Source: Candidatus Eiseniibacteriota bacterium
Lineage (GTDB): Bacteria > Eisenbacteria > RBG-16-71-46 > SZUA-252
DNA length: 64,000 nucleotides
Reading direction: 5' to 3'
Assembly (NCBI GenBank): GCA_003235575.1
Contig: QJVW01000115.1
Location: forward strand, 12,290-76,289
Of this stretch, positions 36,293 to 44,745 are shown piece by piece. The notes beneath the pieces were generated by a model. That model was not told the origin of the DNA. It was given only the letters and a program-made list of their open reading frames with translations, and did not search any database. Within the stretch, counting starts at the first letter, position 1. Each line of letters begins with the position of its first letter. The position numbers and the translations under genes were made by a program.

Positions 36293-37966
36293 CTAGGACG
36301 TGTGCCCGGCTTCCTCGGGGTCAGCCGCTGTGCGCGGGGGCGCCCAGGGCGCCGTGTTCTTCACGACGGGGATGGTGCCTTTGTTGAGGGCTTCCACGAA
36401 CACGGAGACGACTTCCGGCGCGAACTGGGTTCCCGCCTTCTCGGTCATCTGCGCCACCGCCTGTTCCATGGTGAGCCCGGCGCGATAGGGGCGATCCGTG
36501 GTCATGGCGTCGAATGCATCCGCGACGTTCACGATCTTCGCCGCGAGCGTCATCTCCTCGCCCGTCAACCCATCGGGGTATCCCTTTCCGTCCACCCGCT
36601 CATGGTGGTGACGGATCATGTCGATGCAGCGCTCCAGGAAGCGGACGCCGCGGACCATCTCGGCGCCGCGGACGGGATGCATCTTGACCATCCTCCACTC
36701 CTCGTCGGTCAGCGCACCCGGCTTGTGGAGGACCTTGTCCTCGGTGTGTACCTTTCCGATGTCATGCAGGAAGGCGCCGAATTGGATCCGCTGCACCTCC
36801 TCGGGGTCGAACTCCAGCGCCCGCGCGATGCCCACCGAATAGGCCGCGACGCGCTCGGTATGGCCGTGCGTGTACGGATCCTTCTCTTCGATCCGGGAGA
36901 CGAGCAGCCGGACGGTGGAGACGTAGGCCTCCTGGAGATCCTTGAATAGCCGCGCGTTCTCGATGGCGATGCCGGCCGATTCCGAGAGCGCACGAAGCAT
37001 TTCCAGGTCCGCCGCCTGGAACTCCTGGCCGCTGACCTTCTCCCCGATCGCCAGGACGGCGACCAGCCGGTTCTTCATGATGACCGGCGAGACCAGCGTC
37101 AATCCCGCCGCGTAGAGCTGCCCCACCTCGCGCTCGAACCCGCGGTGGTGCTCCACGGAGGCGAGTCGCACCGGGCGCGGGTCCTCGCTCCCGGGTGCGT
37201 GGAGGGAACGAATGAATTCTCCGTTGTAGTCGAGCACGATCGAGCGCGCCTGCTCCTCCTTCATGCCCTTGAAATTGGAGGCGTCCAGGCGCGTCGGGCT
37301 CTCCCGGTCGTCGGTGAGGAAAAGACAGGCGGCGTTGACGCGCAGCTGGCCCATCACGCTGAGGATCAGCGTTCCCAAGAGGCCTTCGAGATCAAGCGAC
37401 GCGTTGAGCTGGTGCGTCAAGCCCATCAGCGTCTCGAGGCTGTAGACCTGGAACCGAAGCTCCTTGTTCCGGACCAGCAGATCCTCGCGGTTTCGCTGCA
37501 CCTCGGATTCCAGCTCCTGGTTCTTTCCCGCCAGGGCGTCGTGCCGCTCCAGCCGCTCGAAGATGCGACGGACCTTGATGAGCAGTTCCTTGGGAGAGAA
37601 CGGCTTCGTCAGGTAGTCGTCCGCGCCGTGCATCAGCCCCTGCAGCCGCGAGTCGACCTCCGCGCTGGCGGACACCATCACGATCGGGATATGCGCGGTG
37701 TCGCGCGTACTCTTCATCGCGGCGCACACTTCGAATCCCGTCTTCTTCGGCAGACGCAGGTCCAGGATCACGAGATGCGGCGGGGTGCGGCGCACGATCT
37801 CCAGCGCATCCTCCCCCGACATCGCGGTCAGGACGCGGTATCCGTTCTGGGTCAGCGAGATCTGAAGCAGCTCGACAACGCGGCGATCGTCGTCCACGAC
37901 GAGGATGGTCCGCTTTCCTTTCGCAGGACCGGCTTCGGTGGCCGGCCGGAGGCTTTCGGTGCTCAC
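36293..37966 (-). CDS. Response regulator REC-(coiled coil)-GAF-HD-GYP (c-di-GMP phosphodiesterase-type output)
   Basis: REC: TILVVDDDRRVVELLQ...HLVILDLRLPKKTGFEVCAAMK...DDYLTKPF. GAF-like middle region. HD-GYP: FLHDIGKVH ... IRHHHERVDGKGYPDGLTGEEMTLAAKIVNVADAFDAMT. Confidence 0.9.
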   Translation of the reverse strand: MSTESLRPATEAGPAKGKRTILVVDDDRRVVELLQISLTQNGYRVLTAMSGEDALEIVRRTPPHLVILDLRLPKKTGFEVCAAMKSTRDTAHIPIVMVSASAEVDSRLQGLMHGADDYLTKPFSPKELLIKVRRIFERLERHDALAGKNQELESEVQRNREDLLVRNKELRFQVYSLETLMGLTHQLNASLDLEGLLGTLILSVMGQLRVNAACLFLTDDRESPTRLDASNFKGMKEEQARSIVLDYNGEFIRSLHAPGSEDPRPVRLASVEHHRGFEREVGQLYAAGLTLVSPVIMKNRLVAVLAIGEKVSGQEFQAADLEMLRALSESAGIAIENARLFKDLQEAYVSTVRLLVSRIEEKDPYTHGHTERVAAYSVGIARALEFDPEEVQRIQFGAFLHDIGKVHTEDKVLHKPGALTDEEWRMVKMHPVRGAEMVRGVRFLERCIDMIRHHHERVDGKGYPDGLTGEEMTLAAKIVNVADAFDAMTTDRPYRAGLTMEQAVAQMTEKAGTQFAPEVVSVFVEALNKGTIPVVKNTAPWAPPRTAADPEEAGHTS

Positions 37967-39666
37967 GAGTTGGTCTCCATGGAAACGGACGTATGGTTTC
38001 CGGTCGCGTCGCGCGCGCCGGCGTGCTGGTCGGAATCGCGGGTCTCGGCGGCGTGACCGCCGTCCGGAATGGTCGCGCCGGCGCCCAGGGGGTCGAGCAC
38101 GGCCCGATCCACGGCATGACCGGAGGCGCGCTCGGCGGCGGCGGCCGACGCCTGTTCGGCCCGGAGGCGGGAACGGCGCTCGGTCTTCTCCAGCACGCCC
38201 AGGAACACCTCCACCATCGAGGGATCGAACGGGGCGCCCCAGTTTTCCGAGATGACCTGTCGCGCCTTGTCGCGCGGCAGGGCCCGCCGATAGGGCCGTT
38301 CGCTGGTCATCGCGACGTACGCGTCGACCAGGGAGACGATGCGGGCGCCGAGGGGAATGTCCTGCCCCTTCAGGCCCGACGGATAGCCCTCGCCGCCCCA
38401 GCGCTCATGGTGATTGCGCACGACCTCCACGACCTCGGGCGAGAAGTCCATCTCCTCGAGGATCTGCGCACCACGCGCCGGATGTTGCTTGATCAGCGAC
38501 CACTCCTCCGCGGAGAGATGCGCCGGATTCTTGAGGATGAGATGACTGACCGCCAGCATGCCGATGTCGCGGAGTGCCGCCCCGTAGATCAACGCCTTCA
38601 CGTCGGCGCGGGGCACTTGGAGGAGCCGCGCCATGGCGGTGACCAGGCGCACCACGCGCTCGGTGGATCCCTTCGCATACACGTCGCGGCTTTCGATGAG
38701 GGACATCATGCCCCGCACCACGCCCAGATTTCGATCTTCCATCTGGCGATGGAACCGGGCATTGGCGATCGCGACGGCGGCCTGGTGCGCCAGAATCGTG
38801 AGCAGGTCCCGCTCGTCCTCCTGGAAACCGCGGTCTCCGCCGCGCGCGCCCAGGAAGAGCATGCCGATCAGTTCGCGACGCACCCACAAGGCGACGCCCC
38901 ATTCGAGTCCGGAGGCGCGGAGCGTGCGCGCGGCGCCCGCGGCGTCGGGGAGCGCCTCGGCTCCGACCATCGGCTCCGCGGCCGCCGTGGGCGCCAGCGC
39001 CAGGGCGTCCTCGAGGGTCGTGAACGTGTCGGCCTCCGCCATGGCCGCGATCGAAGCCGCCGACAGTTTCGTGTCGCGGAATTGGTCCCGCGCGAATCCA
39101 CGAACCTGGCGGGGGATGAGAACGCCCTCGCGGTCCGGGTCGTCGAGAAAGAGCGCCAGGCGCTCGACGCCGAATTGGCCCATGACCGAGAGCCCGAAGA
39201 GGTTGAGCACCTCATCCAGATCGTGGGCGAGGTTCAGCGCCTGCGTGATCTCGAAGAGATTTCTGAACTCGACGATCTTCAGGCGCAGCTTGGTTTGCAG
39301 CGCGGCGTGCTCCGCCACGCTCGGCCCGCCGGGCGGAACCGACGCTTCCTCCGTGGGGGAGTTCGAGGCGTAGATCTGCGCGCCCGATTCGAGGAGCGCC
39401 TCGCGGACGCCGCCGCGAATCCCCCGGACGATGATCCGCCGGGCCGCGCCTTCGTAGGCGCGCGCTTGCCGCTGGATCACGGACACGGCGAGCGCGGAGA
39501 CGTCGCTGACCTCGTCGAAGTCGAGGTGCACTTCCCGCGCGTCCCGGGCCAGACATTGAACCAGGAGTTGATCGAGCGCGCGTGCGCCCGCGGCGTCGAC
39601 GACCCCCCGGAGCGAGAACCGGAACTCGTCGCGCGGTTCGCCGCGGACGAGGTGAAGGCCCTTCAA
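37963..39666 (-). CDS. STAS (anti-sigma-antagonist-like)-GAF-HD-GYP protein; probable TTG start overlapping the upstream stop (TTGA)
   Basis: STAS: LKGLHLVRGEPRDEFRFSLRGVVDAAGARALDQLLVQCLA...EVHLDFDEVSDVSALAVSVI...RIIVRGIRGGVREALLESG. GAF region. HD-GYP: AALRDIGMLAV ... VRNHHERWGGEGYPSGLKGQDIPLGARIVSLVDAYVAMT. The track ORF extends to 40500 through roughly 270 aa of Arg/Gly-rich sequence that overlaps the upstream gene and is implausible. Confidence 0.75.
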   Translation of the reverse strand: MKGLHLVRGEPRDEFRFSLRGVVDAAGARALDQLLVQCLARDAREVHLDFDEVSDVSALAVSVIQRQARAYEGAARRIIVRGIRGGVREALLESGAQIYASNSPTEEASVPPGGPSVAEHAALQTKLRLKIVEFRNLFEITQALNLAHDLDEVLNLFGLSVMGQFGVERLALFLDDPDREGVLIPRQVRGFARDQFRDTKLSAASIAAMAEADTFTTLEDALALAPTAAAEPMVGAEALPDAAGAARTLRASGLEWGVALWVRRELIGMLFLGARGGDRGFQEDERDLLTILAHQAAVAIANARFHRQMEDRNLGVVRGMMSLIESRDVYAKGSTERVVRLVTAMARLLQVPRADVKALIYGAALRDIGMLAVSHLILKNPAHLSAEEWSLIKQHPARGAQILEEMDFSPEVVEVVRNHHERWGGEGYPSGLKGQDIPLGARIVSLVDAYVAMTSERPYRRALPRDKARQVISENWGAPFDPSMVEVFLGVLEKTERRSRLRAEQASAAAAERASGHAVDRAVLDPLGAGATIPDGGHAAETRDSDQHAGARDATGNHTSVSMETNS

Positions 39667-41369
39667 GCGTCCGCTCCTGCCGCCGGCGCGGCGGCGCCGA
39701 TGGCGTCCGGCGTTCCCAGGAGGCGGAGACGGCGCATGACGGCCGCCGGGTGGAGCACCAGCGTCACTTGGTTGTCGACCCCCACGATACCGCCCAGAAC
39801 CTCCTCGACCGGGTAGAGCCGCGGTGGAAGGGGGGAGAGCCGCGCATTCTCGCGCCAGACGATACGGTCGAAGCCCACCGCGCCGGTCTCCTTGCCGGAG
39901 CGAAGGATCGCCAGCGGGCCGTCGGCCGGTTGCGGCGGCGAATCGTCCGCCTGCCCCGGACCGAACAGCGACGCGAGGGGCACGACCCTGGCGCCACCTC
40001 CCCCTCCCGACCAGACCAACTCCTCGCGGGAAGCGTGGATTCGTTCGATGGCGCTCCACGGGAGCGCGATCCGCTGTCCCGAGACTTCGACGATGAGAAA
40101 ACCCCGCAGCGAACGCGCCATGGGAAACTGCATGTGCACGACCGAGGTCCCGGGCTTCCCGCCCTGATGCGTGACGAAGCCGCCTAGCTCTTCGAGCGCG
40201 GATTCCAGCCGCGCGATGGATTCCGAATCGAAGGCGACGCGGCCCTCGATCGCCAACCTCGCCTCCAAGCCCTCGCGCGCGGCGGTGACGCGAAGCTGGC
40301 GCGACGTCTCCCCTTCCGGAGATTCGGCCGTTTCCAGAACGCGATAGATCGACGGCAGGAGCATCGATCCGATTTCGGGCTCGAAGCCGACGCCGCCCGT
40401 GTGCACCGTCAGGACGCTTCGCCGCTCCGCCGTGTCGCGGCGGGCCGCGGCGGCGTAGATCTCGTCCACGAATCGGTCCAGCGGATCCAGGAATTCCCAC
40501 AGCAGGTGTTCATCCAAGTCGCGCGCCCGACGTTCCAGCGAGTACTGAACGCCCAGCAGTTGATGGATGTCGTGGGACAGCGAACGCATCCCGGTCGCGA
40601 CCTCCTCCAGGGTCTGATGCACCTCGATGGCCCGGGCCGTGACGTTTTGGCGGCGCGCGGGCGACGGTTCCGCCGGACCGCGACCGCTCGACGCAGTCTC
40701 GCCGGGAGCCAGACGGTCGGGATCGATGGCCTTCATGAACTGGTCCCACTCCGCCAGCACCCGCTGGACGGATCGGAGCATCGCGCCCAACCCCTCGCTG
40801 ATCGAGCCCATGCGGTCGTTCTGGCTGACGAGCGAGGACTTGATCTCAAAGGTCAGCGCGAGCAGGTTCTCCCGCGGCGCCATGTCCGGCGTCGCCTCGT
40901 CGATCACCCCGCGCGACGCGTTCAGCGCCTGCGCCTTCGCGCGGCTCAGCGAGGAACGCAGGTTGTCGATGGCGTCCCCGACGGAGGAAGCGTGGGCGAG
41001 CAGGGCGGCGAAGCCTTCGGTTCGCAATTGCTGCGCCAGGCGATCCTGCGCCTCGAGCGCCACGCGGCAATGCGCCACCAGCGTCTCGCGCTCCTCGGGG
41101 CGCACGTTGCCGAGCCGCACGAGGCTCTCCTGCAGCTCGCGCGCCAGGGACGCCACGCTCCCGATATCGAGCCAATCCGCGCTTCGCTCCACGAGCCGCA
41201 CGGAGAGTTCGACGATGGGGCCGAGTTCGTGCGATCCGAGATCGGGCTCCTCCGTGTCGAGGAAGGTGCGCACGATGTCGATCTCCTCGCGCATGAGCGC
41301 GCTGAACGTCGCGCTCAACCGAGACATGATTTGCTCGTTGCTGAGGTGTTCCGAAGCGGCGGTGCGCAT
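39663..41369 (-). CDS. CheA-like scaffold protein with degenerate Hpt and ATPase domains (no phospho-acceptor His, no N/G1/G2 boxes) and an intact C-terminal CheW-like domain
   Basis: The P1-like region ELSVRLVERSADWLDIGSVASLAREL aligns with FRVFHTIKGTCGFFGF of the canonical cheA in this window but has E/R where the His should be. The P4-like EFLDPLDRFVDEIYAAAARR lacks the N-box Asn/His, and SVLTVHTGGVGF replaces the DxGxG motif. ...GTSVVHMQFPMARSLRGFLIVEV then the CheW domain (IALPWSAIERI...GPLAILRSGKETGAVGFDRIV). Confidence 0.75.
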   Translation of the reverse strand: MRTAASEHLSNEQIMSRLSATFSALMREEIDIVRTFLDTEEPDLGSHELGPIVELSVRLVERSADWLDIGSVASLARELQESLVRLGNVRPEERETLVAHCRVALEAQDRLAQQLRTEGFAALLAHASSVGDAIDNLRSSLSRAKAQALNASRGVIDEATPDMAPRENLLALTFEIKSSLVSQNDRMGSISEGLGAMLRSVQRVLAEWDQFMKAIDPDRLAPGETASSGRGPAEPSPARRQNVTARAIEVHQTLEEVATGMRSLSHDIHQLLGVQYSLERRARDLDEHLLWEFLDPLDRFVDEIYAAAARRDTAERRSVLTVHTGGVGFEPEIGSMLLPSIYRVLETAESPEGETSRQLRVTAAREGLEARLAIEGRVAFDSESIARLESALEELGGFVTHQGGKPGTSVVHMQFPMARSLRGFLIVEVSGQRIALPWSAIERIHASREELVWSGGGGGARVVPLASLFGPGQADDSPPQPADGPLAILRSGKETGAVGFDRIVWRENARLSPLPPRLYPVEEVLGGIVGVDNQVTLVLHPAAVMRRLRLLGTPDAIGAAAPAAGADA

Positions 41370-41392
41370 GGAGTCGGCTCCCTTCGGCGTGC

Positions 41393-42922
41393 CTACCTGG
41401 GTCCGCCCGGCTGAATTCCCTCGAGCCAGTCGGGGATCTTTGGTTCGATCGGCGCCGTCGACGGGGTCTCGCCCTCCGGCTCGGCCGCGGCCGCGGGCGC
41501 GTCGTTCGCTTCCGGCACCGCGTCGTGAAGCGACGCGGGATCGACGGGGCGCGGCTCCACGTGATCTTTGGGCCCCGCCGGCGTGACGGGTTCGAACGGA
41601 TCGTCGAACGAAGCGTCCGCCGAGGGCGCCTCCGCCGGGGGCTCGAAGCGGCTCACCTCGTCCTCTACGGGAACGCCGTCCGCCGCGGCGCCGTCGGCCG
41701 GGCCTTCCGTGATCGCGGCGTCGTGGTTCTCGTCGATTTCGATCGCACTCATCCGTGACGGTTCGCTCTCCTCGACCCCGACGGGTTCGGCCACCGTCGG
41801 CGGCATCGCCGCTCCCTCTTCGAATTCTTCGATCGACGCACCGAGCCGCTCGCGCAACCCGCGGGTCCGCGCCACCAGCGATTCCAAGGACTCCAGCGCC
41901 GCCGGCGATACCGCCGGCGCGCCGACATCCGCATCGGTGCCGATCGACGCCACCGCGGCCTTCGCGTCCTCGCTGCTCGATTGAATGGAGGCGATGGTGT
42001 CGCCCACCTTGAATTCGATCTCGCTCGAGAGCCGGGAGATCGTGTCGGTGGCCTCGCGCGCGTACTCCGCGAGGCGACGCGTTTCCTCGGCGATCGACGC
42101 GAACGCCTCGCTGCCCGAGCGGGTGGCCTCGAGGGCCGCGTTCAGCGCCAGAAGCGTCGCGCGGTTGGTGACTTTCTCGGCCACGCCGGTCAGTTCGTTC
42201 GCGCGCATCAGCCCCGCGGCCAGATCCTCGATGCCGTCGGCGGCCGTGCGCACCAGCGCGTCGACCATCGCGGCGGGCGACCCGTTGCCGCCGTTCCCCG
42301 CCGGCGTGGAGCCCGACTGAAGCGTCCGCAGGACGGCGGCGAGATCGGTCTCGAGCGAGGCGAGCCCCTCGTCATAGGTCCGAAGCGTACCGACCGCCTT
42401 GCGCCCGACCTCGCGATCGTACGGCGCGGTGGGAGGAACGGCTTCGTCGGAGCCGATCAACTCATCGGCCGCGTACGCGGGACGCGGCTCATGAACCTCC
42501 GGCTCCGTTGGGGAGTCGTCCTGATCCCGGCGCACCTTCTCGAGCTCGAGGAGCGCCATCGCCGAGGCGCGTTGCGCGGCGGCGCTGGACGCGACCTCCC
42601 GGTAGAGCGACTGCCACGGTTCCGTGCGAAACGAGGCCGGCGGCTCGTTCGGCGCTTGGTCGGAAAGCGCGATGTCGAGTAGCGCGGACACCTTCGCGGC
42701 GGGCGCGCCCGCGGCCTGAGCGGCCAGCGCCGTGCAAATGCCGGCGCTGGCGAGGCCGACGACGACCCCGACGGCGACGCCAAGCGTTCCGCCGAGGCCG
42801 AACGCGGCTGCGGCAGCCGCGACGGCGCCGAGGAACGAGACGACGAACACGCCAGCGGACGGCTTGGCGGCGCCCTGCCTATCCGGCGTGTGCTTCCCCG
42901 ATTCGCGAGCGGCATCCGTCAT
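41393..42922 (-). CDS. Short membrane-anchored MCP-like protein (divergent MCP signalling tip, no HAMP, acidic/Pro-rich disordered C-terminal tail of about 200 aa)
   Basis: N-terminal hydrophobic segments VFVVSFLGAVAAAAAAFGLGGTLGVAVGVVVGLASAGICTALAA. MCP tip homolog ELTGVAEKVTNRATLLALNAALEATRSGSEAFASIAEETRRLAEYAREATDTISRLSSEI (compare [33 protein letters not shown] in the canonical MCP). The tail is rich in E/D/P/A. Confidence 0.7.
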   Translation of the reverse strand: MTDAARESGKHTPDRQGAAKPSAGVFVVSFLGAVAAAAAAFGLGGTLGVAVGVVVGLASAGICTALAAQAAGAPAAKVSALLDIALSDQAPNEPPASFRTEPWQSLYREVASSAAAQRASAMALLELEKVRRDQDDSPTEPEVHEPRPAYAADELIGSDEAVPPTAPYDREVGRKAVGTLRTYDEGLASLETDLAAVLRTLQSGSTPAGNGGNGSPAAMVDALVRTAADGIEDLAAGLMRANELTGVAEKVTNRATLLALNAALEATRSGSEAFASIAEETRRLAEYAREATDTISRLSSEIEFKVGDTIASIQSSSEDAKAAVASIGTDADVGAPAVSPAALESLESLVARTRGLRERLGASIEEFEEGAAMPPTVAEPVGVEESEPSRMSAIEIDENHDAAITEGPADGAAADGVPVEDEVSRFEPPAEAPSADASFDDPFEPVTPAGPKDHVEPRPVDPASLHDAVPEANDAPAAAAEPEGETPSTAPIEPKIPDWLEGIQPGGPR

Positions 42923-42938
42923 GACGTGCTCCCTTCCT

Positions 42939-43505
42939 TCATCGACTACCGAGCCCGCTCAGGCGAAAGGCGGCGGGCGGTGCGACCGAATCCATCAACG
43001 ACCAGTAATCCAGATGCCGTGCGTGGCGGCCTTGAACGTCGTACACGGCGAGGACGGCGGGCTCGCCGTCGGCGGGCGCCGCCGTGGCGGAGGCCTCCAA
43101 CTCGGAGAGGTCGGCCACGTCGCCGGCCGCGACGGCCGGAGGAACAGGCTCGGGGTCCGGAACGGCGCACTTCAGTTCCACCACGTCGCGCCCCGGAATC
43201 AGCCGCGGCATGCCACGAACCAGGAGCGCGATCCGATCGGTGCCCCGCTCGAGGACCACGGCATAGGCGGGCGGGCTCGGCGATGCGTCGCCGCCGAGCG
43301 CGGATTCGACGTCGATCGCCGGCACGACGGAGCCGCGAAACGCGACCACGCCGGCCATCGGAGGAACGCGTCCCGGAAGCCGCGCCAGGTGCTCGGCCTC
43401 GAGCAGTCCCGCCACTTCGTCCACGGGGGCGGCGAGAAGTTCGTCGCCGGCCTCGAAGACGACGAGGCCGCGCACGCCGAGCACCGTCCGCCTTGGTTGA
43501 TCCAT
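42939..43505 (-). CDS. CheW-like coupling protein with an acidic C-terminal extension (start at the internal MDQPRR)
   Basis: MDQPRRTVLGVRGLVVFEAGDELLAAPVDEVAGLLEAEHLARLPGRVPPMAGVVAFRGSVVPAIDVESALG...AYAVVLERGTDRIALLVRGMPRLIP is a CheW fold. The track ORF starts 21 codons upstream. Confidence 0.75.
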   Translation of the reverse strand: MDQPRRTVLGVRGLVVFEAGDELLAAPVDEVAGLLEAEHLARLPGRVPPMAGVVAFRGSVVPAIDVESALGGDASPSPPAYAVVLERGTDRIALLVRGMPRLIPGRDVVELKCAVPDPEPVPPAVAAGDVADLSELEASATAAPADGEPAVLAVYDVQGRHARHLDYWSLMDSVAPPAAFRLSGLGSR

Positions 43506-43965
43506 GGAGCCACTCCGTCCTTTGAAGGCGAGCTGAAACCTGTACGAATGAAGAAAGGCAAGTAACATGCCACGAACGACTTCCGCCGAATCACGCTAAC
43601 CCTTTGCCGTGTAGCGGCTTCGTACTCATCCAATCGGCAGGTTCCCGGCGTTGTGGAGGGCTTTTGGTCAGCGGCCGCCGGGCGTGTTGCAATCCTGGCC
43701 GTATTCCGCAATCCCCCACCCATCCGGCGGTAAAACACACCCACCCAGAGGGCTAAATCCGACCAGAGGCTGGGCTGATCGAGCCCTTCGGCGCCGCCGC
43801 GGCGGCGAATCCACTTGCGACCATGTTGTTGTAAATAAATCGCTTACACGTCTGGAGCGACGTTTCCGGCGGCTCGGCACGCGGCGTGCAGTGGCAGGGA
43901 GTCGAAGGCCGCGGAGATCGGAAGCCGCGGCGAGGAGTGGACGGAAAAGAGAGGGGGGCAGGGAC

Positions 43966-44745
43966 ATGGCGGGAACGAGAAAGGCGGTCGCGGGCAAGGC
44001 AGCTCTCCGGAAGATCCGGCCGCACGCCTATGTAGCCATGAATTGCCTTCTTCTTACTCGGGCGGAAGGTACGCCTCAAAACGGTGATCCCTTGCCGCAG
44101 GAGGATGTGAATGCGTACCTCGACGCGTTGCGCGACCAATTGGAAGCCAACGTGCCGCTTCCGCCCGAGCGGACCCGTCTTCTATCTCGGTACGACATCG
44201 CCGCGTGGCGGCGTCTGGCCGGCGCGACCCACGGCTCGCTGAAGTACACGATCTACCGGACCGCGCAAGACCTGCTGCTCGTGTCGGTGGGGATCTTCGA
44301 ACAGAGCGGTCCGTACGTGCCGTCCCGTCGCGAGGGAATGCTGCCCGGCGAGGAAGCCGACATGGGACGGAGTCCGGGCTGGTACCACTTCTCGTACACG
44401 TACGGCGAGCTTCTCGAGAATCCGACGTCGACGTTGGGAACGGTGCTCGAGAAGCTGACCGTGAGCCTGGAGCGGTACCACAAGATGCTCTCGCACATGA
44501 AGGGCGAGTACTGGAGCATGGTGTCGCGGTTCGAGGATGCGCACGTGCTTCGGCTCGAGCGCACGGTGGACGAGGACGCCAGGGAACAGGCGATCCGTGA
44601 AATGCAGGACCGTCTTCTCGACGCCTACGGCGAATGGAAGCGCACCGGGCAACGGAAGCACTTGGACCAAATCCGCGGCATCGCGCGCGAGATCCGCACG
44701 CTTTCGCCCGACTTCACCTTCTCGCTTCCCGCGGGGAATCCCTAG
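43966..44745 (+). CDS. Hypothetical protein (259 aa), divergently transcribed from the Che-like cluster; start at the internal MAGTRK
   Basis: Amino-acid composition is not antisense-like (Y, W, K, E-rich: GWYHFSYTYGELLENPTSTLGTVLEKLTVSLERYHKMLSHMKGEYWSMVSRFE). I recognise no family. The upstream 105 codons of the track ORF are Arg/Gly-rich. Confidence 0.55.
   Translation: MAGTRKAVAGKAALRKIRPHAYVAMNCLLLTRAEGTPQNGDPLPQEDVNAYLDALRDQLEANVPLPPERTRLLSRYDIAAWRRLAGATHGSLKYTIYRTAQDLLLVSVGIFEQSGPYVPSRREGMLPGEEADMGRSPGWYHFSYTYGELLENPTSTLGTVLEKLTVSLERYHKMLSHMKGEYWSMVSRFEDAHVLRLERTVDEDAREQAIREMQDRLLDAYGEWKRTGQRKHLDQIRGIAREIRTLSPDFTFSLPAGNP

Noticed and set aside
39663-40500. N-terminal 278 codons of track ORF 37963-40500 (MGIPGSAGPIRGRDLRRRGPPRHGG...)
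   Set aside because: This part overlaps the CheA-like gene in another frame, is Arg/Gly-rich, and precedes a clean TTG start at the STAS domain boundary. I treat it as a non-coding extension.
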